A stretch of DNA of 64,000 bases from assembly GCA_963787125.1 (NCBI GenBank), contig CAWBBV010000001.1, positions 384,001 to 448,000 of the forward strand. Reading direction: 5' to 3'. The notes beneath the pieces were generated by a model. It had not been told where the DNA came from, made no database searches, and worked only from the letters and a program-made list of their open reading frames with translations. The position numbers were made by a program, and so were the translations under genes. The stretch comes from an uncultured delta proteobacterium (GTDB lineage: Bacteria > Desulfobacterota > Desulfuromonadia > Geobacterales > DSM-12255). Positions 53,446 through 62,336 of this stretch are shown here, in pieces (position 1 is the first letter of the stretch; every line of letters starts with the position of its first letter).

Positions 53446-54297
53446 ATGAAGGAGAAACTGGTTGCTGAAGTTGTCAGATTTATAACTGAAGCCGCTGCCA
53501 ACCGGCTGCCTGACGGCAGCGCGCCTTTTTTTGACACCCCCCTCGTCGGTTTTGCCGCTCTGGACGACCCCCTGTTCACCGCCTACAAAGAGATTATCGG
53601 CGATTTTCATCTGACCCCCGGCGAGCTGTTTGCCGGTGAATTCGGCACGGCGCCTGCTGCCGGCACGGTCATCAGCTGGATTCTGCCGATAACTTTGCCG
53701 GTTCGCACCAGCAACCGCTCCGAGACTGAGTACCCCTCAAAATGGTGGGCGCAGACTCGTAACTTTGGTGAAGGGGTGAACAGCGAGCTGCGCCGCCATC
53801 TGGTCCAGTGGTTAAAATCTCAGGGCTATCAAGGGGCGGCACCACAGCTCACCTCTCAATGGCAGGAGTTTGCCGAAACGCCCAAAGGGCGGGCATCCAC
53901 CTGGTCGGAGCGTCATGCAGCCTATGCTGCCGGGCTCGGAACGTTCAGCTTGAATGATGCGTTGATAACGGCAAAGGGAATCGCCCACCGGTGCGGCAGC
54001 GTCATTACCGACCTCGTCATTGAGCCATCAGAGCGGATTGACAAAGGCTATGCCGACAACTGCCTTTACTACCGGGATGGCAGCTGCGGCGCCTGTATCG
54101 GGCGTTGTCCGGTCGGGGCAATTTCCTTTTCCGGCCATGACAAAGTTCGCTGCTGCGATTATGTGTATACGACTTTGCCGCCTCTGGTTGCCGAAAAATT
54201 TGGAGTGAAAGCGACCGGTTGTGGTCTTTGCCAGACAAGAGTTCCGTGCGAAAGCGGCATCCCGCGGGGCAGAAGGGGAGGGTCAGAACATGGATAA
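53446..54297 (+). CDS. QueG-like (epoxyqueuosine reductase family) Fe-S protein
   Basis: WSERHAAYAAGLGTF, C..CGACIGRCP and CGLCQ..VPC clusters. Confidence 0.75.
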   Translation: MKEKLVAEVVRFITEAAANRLPDGSAPFFDTPLVGFAALDDPLFTAYKEIIGDFHLTPGELFAGEFGTAPAAGTVISWILPITLPVRTSNRSETEYPSKWWAQTRNFGEGVNSELRRHLVQWLKSQGYQGAAPQLTSQWQEFAETPKGRASTWSERHAAYAAGLGTFSLNDALITAKGIAHRCGSVITDLVIEPSERIDKGYADNCLYYRDGSCGACIGRCPVGAISFSGHDKVRCCDYVYTTLPPLVAEKFGVKATGCGLCQTRVPCESGIPRGRRGGSEHG

Positions 54298-54739
54298 CAA
54301 TATAGTGCTGCTGCTCAAGGTATTTTTCTTCAGTGATCTTTCGCCGGACGAACTGCTGGCTATCATGGCGGTAACCAGGCGGGAGCGCTACACCATGGGG
54401 CAGAAAGTTTTCGAGGCGGGTAGCCCCAGTGACTCGCTTTACATCATAAAAAGCGGCTCGATGATGATCAAGAACGGACCGCTTGTGCTGGCAACACTCG
54501 CTATCGGCGATACCATCGGCGAAATGTCGTTTGTGGACAGGGGGAACCGCTCGGCAACTGTTGCTGCAATCGAGGAGACTGAACTGTTAAAGGTCTCATT
54601 CAGCGTGCTTGAGGAGCTTTTTGAGCAGCACCCCCGGATGGCGGTTAAAATATACCGGGCGCTGGTGAAAGTACTCAGCCAAAGACTCCGCGAGATGGAC
54701 GAAAATATCCGGACAAAGTACCAGCCGGTCAAGTTCTGA
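54290..54739 (+). CDS. Cyclic-nucleotide-binding domain protein
   Basis: FFSDL, LYIIKSG, GEMSF...RSATV. Confidence 0.88.
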   Translation: MDNNIVLLLKVFFFSDLSPDELLAIMAVTRRERYTMGQKVFEAGSPSDSLYIIKSGSMMIKNGPLVLATLAIGDTIGEMSFVDRGNRSATVAAIEETELLKVSFSVLEELFEQHPRMAVKIYRALVKVLSQRLREMDENIRTKYQPVKF

Positions 54740-54799
54740 AGACCGGTCATTCCCTCAAAACCGGGGCTTTAACCTGAAACGTGTACTAATCTGCGAAGT

Positions 54800-57496
54800 T
54801 TATTCGTTTTCCCGAATCTTCCGCTCAAGCTGTTGCTCAACACTGCGCCCCTGCTCGTCCTCCTGCACCGCCATGAGATAAAGAAAGCGCTCAGCACAGG
54901 ACTGTTCCCACTGATAACCAACCTGGTTCTTTTCCCGGGAATCATCATTGGTTTTGTAGATTTCACCCTTATACTCAACCACTAAGACGCGGCCATCAGC
55001 CAGTTCACAGACGAAATCAGGATAAAAGTAGTCGGTTGCTGTCGGCAGCCAGAAAGAGAAGCGGTCTTCCTTCTCCACATTGCGTACCCACTGCTTCACA
55101 GCCGGATTGCGGTCAATAGCCTGCGCACAGATAAATTCCTCGGCAGGTTTTCCCTTCGGTGTTTTTTCGTGGAGATCGTGAATGACCGGGTAGTAATGCT
55201 TTCTGAAACGATAGCGCCCTGAATATACCGGCGGCTTGGCCGGGTAATGGGTCGGATGGAAAGTAAAGGCGTAGAGAAAGCTGCTTTCGCGCGGGGGCGC
55301 CGCCAGAAAACCGGGGAGAGATTTCTGAAAACCTGCTTTGATGGCAGTTTTCCGACGGCGCTCGATTTCCCGCCGGATTGCTTCCGCCAGGGGGTATTTA
55401 GTCCGCACCAGCGCAGTGAGAGACATGCCACGGTCTGCCTGTAGATGGCGCATCAAGGCCAGCAGCCACTTGTTGAGAATAGGCCTGCCCACATCTCGCT
55501 GCCGACATTCCCGGTTCAGCCAGTGAACCAGGTCGTTTTCAGAGGTGTGAGAAACGACTTCGTTCAGATGCAGCTGGCCGCTGTCAGCTTCTCCATAGAC
55601 AACTTTACCCCCTTCAACATCGATCTCGAAAGCTGCGCCCCGCTCCACCAGAGAAAACCCGGCCAGGCTGATGGCTTCAGCAAAAAGATCGAAATCTCCC
55701 AAATCGGAAAGGAGCTGCTTTTCAACCGGCTGCAGTTCCCCCTCCCAGTTAAGACAGAGCTGTGGTAGCGGCGCAAACAGTTCACCCCGCGCTGAAGGGG
55801 CCAACAGTGCCGCCTGGCGGCTGCGTTCAATATCAATTGCGTCCTTCACCCCCTGCTGTTGACGGGCATTACAGGCTGACAGCAGGAACTCTTCCACCTC
55901 CTCAGACAGCTCACCGCGCACAATCGCCGTTGCCCCGGAAGTTGTCGGGCGGATTTCCAGAGTCTCTCTCAATGTCTCCGGAATCGGCCCGGCCGGAACT
56001 GCCGGCAGGGAGATAACCGCTTCGGCAGGGCGTGGGCGGGGCTGCTCGCCGTTACCCGGCAGGGGGAGAACGTTCTGCACCGGCGCTATCGCCTGGGCAG
56101 CTTCAAAAGCTTCAAAGCCCATGTTATTCACCAGCCGGTCGGCCAGCTGATCCGCCACCCGCGCAAAACCTTGCGCCACGATGTGGGCATAAGCTTTGCT
56201 CAACTCTATCTGTTGGCGCGGCTTGGCATAAGGCATGCGCAGCACCCGCCCCAGAAGCTGCTCCACGTCTTTGGCGCTCCTGGCATCCTGCAGACTGCAG
56301 AGCACATAGGCGAACGGGCAGTCCCACCCCTCTTTCAGCGCTTCAATGGTGATGACAAAACGGATCGGACAGAGCGGGTCTGCGATGACAACGCCGTCCA
56401 ACTCCTTCTGCTCGCCGGTTGCCACGGCAATCTGTTTTCGTTCCAGCTTTTCACCGTCCGGGCTGATTAAATGCTCCAGCAGCTTTTCTACCGTCACCTC
56501 ACCATTTTTCGCTTCAGCCTGAAACAGCAGCACCGGGCGAATATAATCCGGTTCCCGCGCTGCCAGAATCTCCAGGCGGTCACGGGTCAGGATGGCATCA
56601 CGCACGGCGTCTTTCCAGCCGGTAGGATGCTCCATCAGCACGATTGGCAGCTTGATCATATCTTCCCGCTGCAGGGCACTGGCGCCGACATGATAGATCA
56701 CGTTGCTGCTGGCGGCCGGGGTGGCGGTCATTTCGATCACACAGGCAGGGTGCAGGTTTTTCAAGGTGCGGAACGCCTGATCGGTGCGGTTGTTGTGGGC
56801 CTCATCCACCACGACAATCGGCCGATTGAGGGTCAACCAGTTGGCCAGCGAACTCTTGACCCGGCCAATATCGGCAGCAGTCAGGTAAGGCTGAGCAACA
56901 ATGTCCGCCTCAGTCACCCGGTCAAGCCGCGCTTCCTGCTGCGGAGTCAAACCCTGAAAGTGGCGGTCAAAACTTTCATCAAAAGAATAGACAGTCCGCT
57001 GACTCTTCTCCTTGACGTTGAAAGACTGGATCGTCGCCACGACGATAATAGCCGCTTGTCCCACTTCCTGCGGCCCCACTGTCGCCAGATCATCCAGAGC
57101 ACAAACCCGGACCCGTTCGCCGAAATAGCTGGTGAGCGCCTCGCGGCCCGGCTGGCGCGGCGTGGAAAGCACCGCCAGGGTCTGACTGCGAATAGCGTCG
57201 GACGGCACCAGCCAGAGCGCCACCGGCGCTTCACTGTCCAATAAGGTTTTCCCTACCCGCGCCACCGCATGGGCCGCCAGAAAAGTCTTGCCGCCGCCGG
57301 TCGGGATGCGCACGCAGACAGCCGGGGTATCCCCCAGCGCTTCGGCATTGTAAGCCGCTTGACTGATTTGCCCCTGTTTTTCCAGCTGCGGAGCGCATGC
57401 CTGCCACGCCCCGGCCAGACCGGACAGGCGCAGCTGTCTAAAAAAACCGTCGAGGGCAACCAGCGACTTTTCCTGATAATCCTTGAGTGTGAACAT
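54800..57496 (-). CDS. Type III restriction enzyme Res subunit (SF2 helicase + nuclease)
   Basis: PTGGGKT, DEAH, TAT, LKEGWD, QLLGRVLR, YPDF...VEYKG; start after AGGAG. Confidence 0.9.
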   Translation of the reverse strand: MFTLKDYQEKSLVALDGFFRQLRLSGLAGAWQACAPQLEKQGQISQAAYNAEALGDTPAVCVRIPTGGGKTFLAAHAVARVGKTLLDSEAPVALWLVPSDAIRSQTLAVLSTPRQPGREALTSYFGERVRVCALDDLATVGPQEVGQAAIIVVATIQSFNVKEKSQRTVYSFDESFDRHFQGLTPQQEARLDRVTEADIVAQPYLTAADIGRVKSSLANWLTLNRPIVVVDEAHNNRTDQAFRTLKNLHPACVIEMTATPAASSNVIYHVGASALQREDMIKLPIVLMEHPTGWKDAVRDAILTRDRLEILAAREPDYIRPVLLFQAEAKNGEVTVEKLLEHLISPDGEKLERKQIAVATGEQKELDGVVIADPLCPIRFVITIEALKEGWDCPFAYVLCSLQDARSAKDVEQLLGRVLRMPYAKPRQQIELSKAYAHIVAQGFARVADQLADRLVNNMGFEAFEAAQAIAPVQNVLPLPGNGEQPRPRPAEAVISLPAVPAGPIPETLRETLEIRPTTSGATAIVRGELSEEVEEFLLSACNARQQQGVKDAIDIERSRQAALLAPSARGELFAPLPQLCLNWEGELQPVEKQLLSDLGDFDLFAEAISLAGFSLVERGAAFEIDVEGGKVVYGEADSGQLHLNEVVSHTSENDLVHWLNRECRQRDVGRPILNKWLLALMRHLQADRGMSLTALVRTKYPLAEAIRREIERRRKTAIKAGFQKSLPGFLAAPPRESSFLYAFTFHPTHYPAKPPVYSGRYRFRKHYYPVIHDLHEKTPKGKPAEEFICAQAIDRNPAVKQWVRNVEKEDRFSFWLPTATDYFYPDFVCELADGRVLVVEYKGEIYKTNDDSREKNQVGYQWEQSCAERFLYLMAVQEDEQGRSVEQQLERKIRENE

Positions 57497-57667
57497 AATA
57501 GTGAGGCTCCTAAAATGAATCAATTGCGACTTAACTGGATGATCGGTTATCGAGATTTGTCATCTCTTCACGCCTCGCTAATAAATCCCGTAAATGTAAC
57601 ATTAATTGACCGCAATAAGACAATTCGGAACGCACTGCGTTCCCATTTGGATAGGCATCAGTGAACT

Positions 57668-58714
57668 TTATGGTTCGCCACCCAGTTCCCGTTCAATCTG
57701 CTCAATGCTGGGGAGACTGGTCTGCAAATCCTTGGGCAAAGCGGCAACCAGCTGGTATTCAGCCACGCCGATCGGTTTGTGAGAATCACGCAACGTATAT
57801 TCAGCCACTACCCGGTTTTTGGTTTTGCAGAGCAGCAGCCCAATGGTTGGGTTGTCGCTTTCCGCCTTCATCTGTGCATCCACCGCGCTCAGGTAAAACC
57901 CCAGTTTGCCGGTGTATTCGGGTTTGAACGCCCCGGCTTTCAGTTCAATCACCACATAGCAATGCAGCTTAAGATGATAAAAGAGTAGATCCATGAAGAA
58001 ATCGTCGCCACCCACCTCAAGATGCACCTGCCGCCCGACGAAAGCAAACCCGGCGCCAAGTTCGAGCAGGAAGCGGGTAATGTGCTGGACAATTGCTGAC
58101 TCGATTTCCCGTTCGTCAGCTTCTTTGCCAACACCCAGAAAGTCAAAAATATAGGGGTCCTTCAGAGTATTTCGGGCAAGGTCGGAATGCGGCGCAGGCA
58201 GATTTGCCACAAAATTCGTCACCGCCTGCCCTTTGCGGCCCAACAGCCTCGTTTCGATATTAATATTGAGCACATTTCGCGACCAGCCATGCTCAATAGC
58301 GCTTTCAGCGTAACTTCGGCGGGAATCAGAATCTTTCAGCCTTGTCAGAAGCACTAGATTGTGCCCCCAGGGTAATCGTCCAACAAGCTGTTGGACAATT
58401 ACGGCATCCGGCCATGCCTCGGCAAAGGCGCGCATATAAAGCAGATTGGCGCGAGAAAAACCTTTCATCTCCGGAAAAGCGATACGCAGGTCGTGGGCCA
58501 AACGCTCGATCACCTTGGAACCCCAGCCTTCATTGGCCTGCCGCTCCAGAATGTCACGCCCGATCTGCCAGTAGAGCAGTACCAATTCGCGGTTCACCGC
58601 CAGGCTTGCCCGCTGCTGGGCGGTATGGATGCGGCCTTTCAGCTCCGCCAGCCAGGAACTGTAGCCGCTTGGGGGCTCGGTAAGGGAGACGGGGATTTCG
58701 TTGTCGTTGCTCAT
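57668..58714 (-). CDS. YhcG/DUF1016 PD-(D/E)XK nuclease-domain protein
   Basis: YWQIG, GFS..NL.YMR, KDPY.FDFL, DLLFYH, IELK. Confidence 0.92.
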   Translation of the reverse strand: MSNDNEIPVSLTEPPSGYSSWLAELKGRIHTAQQRASLAVNRELVLLYWQIGRDILERQANEGWGSKVIERLAHDLRIAFPEMKGFSRANLLYMRAFAEAWPDAVIVQQLVGRLPWGHNLVLLTRLKDSDSRRSYAESAIEHGWSRNVLNINIETRLLGRKGQAVTNFVANLPAPHSDLARNTLKDPYIFDFLGVGKEADEREIESAIVQHITRFLLELGAGFAFVGRQVHLEVGGDDFFMDLLFYHLKLHCYVVIELKAGAFKPEYTGKLGFYLSAVDAQMKAESDNPTIGLLLCKTKNRVVAEYTLRDSHKPIGVAEYQLVAALPKDLQTSLPSIEQIERELGGEP

Positions 58715-58744
58715 GCGTGCCTCTGATCGCGACTTTATGAAAAA

Positions 58745-60379
58745 TCAACGCGCCTTGATATCGTAAGGTATCTGTTTGAAGGTGATGCCGGCCTCCCGCA
58801 AGCGGGCTTCACCCAGGCGGGTGGTTTCACCGTAGATGGTCCGCGGGCCGTGGTGCGGAAAGGACTGCTCCAGATACGCCAGAATGGCGGCGGTGAGCAC
58901 ATTGCCACCTTGGGGCCGCCGGTCGCCGAGAATGCCGTTGTAGAGGAGATAGTAGGCAGTGTTGTTGTGAATGCCGAGAAGAGGGGTGGCTATGTTCCCT
59001 TCGACTCCGCTCAGGGAACGGTGGGTGAGCGGAGTCGAACCCCACGGTTCTCCCGTCTCGAAATGCCAGAGATACCCCGCCAGCGCGGCAAAGCGGACAT
59101 TGGGATGAATGCCGCCGTCGGCGTCAAATACCGGCTCGCCCAGAGTATGAAAGCGGAAGCCGCCGCCCCCTTGCCACTCCAGCGCCTTGGAAATTCCTCC
59201 CTGTTCACCGCCGACAACCTTTTCCAGACGCGGCAGGCAGTGAGTAACGGCGTGCTCACCCATTTCAATCCCAATCCAGCGCCGCCCCATTTTATGGGCC
59301 ACGGCAGCGGTGGTGCCGGAGCCGAGGAAGGAGTCGAGGACGAGGTCGTTGAGGTTAGTGGCGATGTGAATTATTCTTTGAATCAGGGCCTCAGGTTTTG
59401 GGGTTCCAAATGGCTCATCATCAGGTGACAGAGCAAGGCTTTCTTTTTTGGAAATCTCAGTGTCGCCGACCTCCGAGGCAAGCCACAATGTCATCGGGAC
59501 AAGTCCCTTTACCTGTTCAGGAAATTGCTTGATTCTCGGCTTACCATCACCCCCTTTTGGGAAGTACACCATTCCCGCAGAAAGATATTTTAAATACTCC
59601 GGTTCGGTGGCACCCCAACACCTTGCTTTTGGTGGAAATACTGTTTTCCCTGTTGGAGTTTCAATACCGTACATCTGATTCGGTCTGTACCCTTGCGCGG
59701 AAAAAGGGATTGAACGCCAAGGCCCTCTTGGATCGTTATCAGGGTTTGAATAGCCTTTCTCTGTTGCAAGTAATAAGTTTCGGGTCTCTTTCCACGCAAC
59801 AGCCCCACACTTGGTGTAAAGCAGGATATGATCGTGCGAGGTGCCTATGGAAGCACGGTTTTCGCGAGATGTTCGTTTCTGCCAAACAACATTCGCCACA
59901 AAATTCCCCCGCCCAAACACCTCATCCATCAGCACCTTCAGATAATGCGCCTCCCGGTCATCAATGGAAACCCAGATACTGCCATTCTCCGCCAGCAACT
60001 CCCGCAGCATCACCAGTCGGGGATACATCAACGAGAGCCACTGGGAATGCTCCAGCTTGTCGTCGTAGTGGGTAAAGGCCGATTGAGTGTTGTAGGGTGG
60101 GTCGATGTAGATGCACTTCACCTGCCCCCGGTAGAACGGGAGCAGAGCTTTCAGCGCCAGGAGGTTGTCCCCTTGAATGAGGAGGTTGTCGTAAACCTTC
60201 CCTTCGGCTCCGCTCAGGGAACTTTCTTTTGGTGGCGCAAAGCCTGGTAGCTGAGGGGACTCGCTTGGTGGCTGAGCGGAGTCGAAGTCATGGGCGGATT
60301 GGAATTGCAGCAGGTGGTAGGGAACAGTAGCGGCGATGTTAGTAGCCTGGCTTTTGTTCACCCAATCAAGAAAAGGCAT
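58745..60379 (-). CDS. Type III RM Mod subunit (adenine methyltransferase)
   Basis: IQGDNL..LK, IYIDPPYNT, TPKPE, DSFLGSGTT. Confidence 0.93.
   Translation of the reverse strand: MPFLDWVNKSQATNIAATVPYHLLQFQSAHDFDSAQPPSESPQLPGFAPPKESSLSGAEGKVYDNLLIQGDNLLALKALLPFYRGQVKCIYIDPPYNTQSAFTHYDDKLEHSQWLSLMYPRLVMLRELLAENGSIWVSIDDREAHYLKVLMDEVFGRGNFVANVVWQKRTSRENRASIGTSHDHILLYTKCGAVAWKETRNLLLATEKGYSNPDNDPRGPWRSIPFSAQGYRPNQMYGIETPTGKTVFPPKARCWGATEPEYLKYLSAGMVYFPKGGDGKPRIKQFPEQVKGLVPMTLWLASEVGDTEISKKESLALSPDDEPFGTPKPEALIQRIIHIATNLNDLVLDSFLGSGTTAAVAHKMGRRWIGIEMGEHAVTHCLPRLEKVVGGEQGGISKALEWQGGGGFRFHTLGEPVFDADGGIHPNVRFAALAGYLWHFETGEPWGSTPLTHRSLSGVEGNIATPLLGIHNNTAYYLLYNGILGDRRPQGGNVLTAAILAYLEQSFPHHGPRTIYGETTRLGEARLREAGITFKQIPYDIKAR
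58994..59039. repeat. REP-like palindromic element inside mod
   Basis: TTCGACTCCGCTCA (59000-59013) / TGAGCGGAGTCGAA (59026-59039), perfect 14-bp inverted pair. Confidence 0.8.
60198..60287. repeat. Second REP-like palindromic element inside mod
   Basis: CTTCGGCTCCGCTCAG (60202-60217) / CTGAGCGGAGTCGAAG (60272-60287), 1 mismatch. Confidence 0.8.
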
Positions 60380-60449
60380 GAGCTATCCTTGTGACGAATA
60401 ATCAGGTAGGGTAGTTGCGGCACGAAATTTCATGGGGAGACGGGTTAAA

Positions 60450-60692
60450 TCATCCCGAAAATGGTTCAGATTTCTCGTAAAGCGTTTCAGGATCAATATC
60501 AATATTTCCAGGCCAGGCCACAGTGCCATTTTCAATAAACGCCCGCTGGAAAAGCGGCTCGGGTTTGAGACGCACCCATGGTTTTTGATCTATGTACGGA
60601 GCCATGTTGAAACGGCGCTTTTCGCCATTCTCGAACTCAATCATCAGGGTATAGGTTGGACCTGGCTGTACATTAACAATATCAAGTAACAT
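60450..60692 (-). CDS. DUF2442-like small protein
   Basis: YTL.IEFENGE.R.F...GTVAWPGNIDIDPETLYE pattern; AAGGAG RBS. Confidence 0.8.
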   Translation of the reverse strand: MLLDIVNVQPGPTYTLMIEFENGEKRRFNMAPYIDQKPWVRLKPEPLFQRAFIENGTVAWPGNIDIDPETLYEKSEPFSG

Positions 60693-60877
60693 TACACGTC
60701 TCCTTACTTGAGATGCAGTATACCTTAAATTTACATTCAGCCAACAGAGCAGAATTCCGGCCGGCCGGAATTCTGTAACATCACGATATCATATAGTATA
60801 GTATTTAAATTTTTGCTTTTCAGCACTCAGCTACGAACCAATGATGGCTGCTTGCCAGCGGACTTTCTACAGTGATT

Positions 60878-61975
60878 TTACTGATACCCTCCATACCTGT
60901 AGGCCGCCGCACAGCTCCCTTCACTGGAAACCATGCAGGCGCCGACCGGATTCTCCGGGGTGCAGAGCTTGCCAAAGAGGGGACAGTCACTTGGCTCTAT
61001 CTTTCCTTTGAGGATCTCGCCGCATGAGCAGCCGGGGTGCTCTCTGGTCGGCTCCACCGTAACCGGCAGCATCTTCAGGGCGTCGAAAGCGCGATACTCC
61101 TCCCGTATTGCCAGCCCGCTCCCCGGAATAACCCCCACGCCTCGCCAGACGGCGTCGTACGGGGTGAACAGCTGCTCCAGAAGCGCTTGCGCTTTCGGGT
61201 TCCCTTCTGGCCGGACAACCCGGCTGTACTGAATTTCCACTCGGCTTTCGCCCTTAAGCAGCTGGCTTGCCAGCATCAAAATCCCTTGCAGCATGTCAGC
61301 AGGTTCAAAACCGGTAATGACGCACGGGGTATGACACTCCTCTGCCAACGGGTTATAGGCGGCAGCACCGATGATGGCGCTGACATGGGCCGGGCAGATA
61401 TAGCCGTCTATGGCCAGTTCCGGATCGGCAGCGAGCACCTGCATCGGTATGGGTATCGTTTTGTTCGCCGCCAGAACAAAGTAGTTGGTCAGCCCCTGCG
61501 CCTGCGCTGCCAGGATGCTGGCGGCAACTGTCGGCGCGGTCGTTTCAAAGCCCACCCCGAGAAATACCACTTTCCTGCCCGGATTTTTTGCCGCAATCGC
61601 CACTGCGTCAAGGGGAGAGTAAACGATCCGGATATCCGCCCCCTTGGCCCGCTCCACCAGGAGCGAAGAGGAGGAGCCGGGTACCCGCATCATGTCGCCA
61701 AATGTCGTGGTGATGACTTCCGGCAGCCTGCAGAGGGCTATGGCCCGATCAAGATAGTCGTTCGGCGTGACACAGACCGGACAGCCGGGCCCGGAAACCA
61801 GCTTAATCTCTGCCGGCAGCAACGATCTGAGTCCGAAGCGGTAGATCGCCATGGTATGGGTGCCGCAGACCTCCATGAAGGTCATATTCCTGCCGCAGCC
61901 GCTTACCAGCCGGCGAAGCCGCTCTGCAATCCCCTGGACCAGCTCTTTCTGTCTGAAATCATCCTGGTAGTTCAT
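60878..61975 (-). CDS. hypD: Hydrogenase maturation protein HypD
   Basis: MEVCGTHT, GPGCPVC, GFETT, GACMVSSEGSC. Confidence 0.97.
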   Translation of the reverse strand: MNYQDDFRQKELVQGIAERLRRLVSGCGRNMTFMEVCGTHTMAIYRFGLRSLLPAEIKLVSGPGCPVCVTPNDYLDRAIALCRLPEVITTTFGDMMRVPGSSSSLLVERAKGADIRIVYSPLDAVAIAAKNPGRKVVFLGVGFETTAPTVAASILAAQAQGLTNYFVLAANKTIPIPMQVLAADPELAIDGYICPAHVSAIIGAAAYNPLAEECHTPCVITGFEPADMLQGILMLASQLLKGESRVEIQYSRVVRPEGNPKAQALLEQLFTPYDAVWRGVGVIPGSGLAIREEYRAFDALKMLPVTVEPTREHPGCSCGEILKGKIEPSDCPLFGKLCTPENPVGACMVSSEGSCAAAYRYGGYQ

Positions 61976-61989
61976 CTTTCCTCCGTTCA

Positions 61990-62109
61990 GTAAGCGCGGA
62001 TTTTTCGCAAGATCAAGGCGCTCAAGGGATGACGCGGAGACGTAGCAACGCTACGTCGCACAAGGAATCACACAGAGCAACGCTGAGATTGCGGAAAAGT
62101 CGCGCTTAC
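61990..62109. repeat. Intergenic palindromic (MITE/REP-like) element
   Basis: Terminal IR GTAAGCGCG.../...CGCGCTTAC with imperfect inner extension and central hairpin GACGTAGC-AAC-GCTACGTC (62039-62057). Confidence 0.65.
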
Positions 62110-62336
62110 GCCATGTCCTCTTCGGTAAAGACCTCTTTCATCATCCGGATAGTCTCGATGGCTTCTTCTTCATCCAGCTTGGAAATGGCAAAGCCGGCAT
62201 GAATGATGAGATAGTCGCCTATCTTGACTTCATCCCCAAGGATCATCAGGCTGGCGCTGCGCCTGACTCCGTCAACTTCGGCAACGATATCATCGCCGTC
62301 AATGCTTACAACCTGCATCGGCACACCTACACACAT
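62106..62336 (-). CDS. hypC: Hydrogenase chaperone HypC
   Basis: MCVGVP start, GDYLIIHAGFAI. Confidence 0.96.
   Translation of the reverse strand: MCVGVPMQVVSIDGDDIVAEVDGVRRSASLMILGDEVKIGDYLIIHAGFAISKLDEEEAIETIRMMKEVFTEEDMA

Noticed and set aside
53446..54297. Reductive dehalogenase
   Set aside because: Only ~283 aa, no Tat signal, no rdhB anchor gene; better explained as a QueG-like Fe-S protein.
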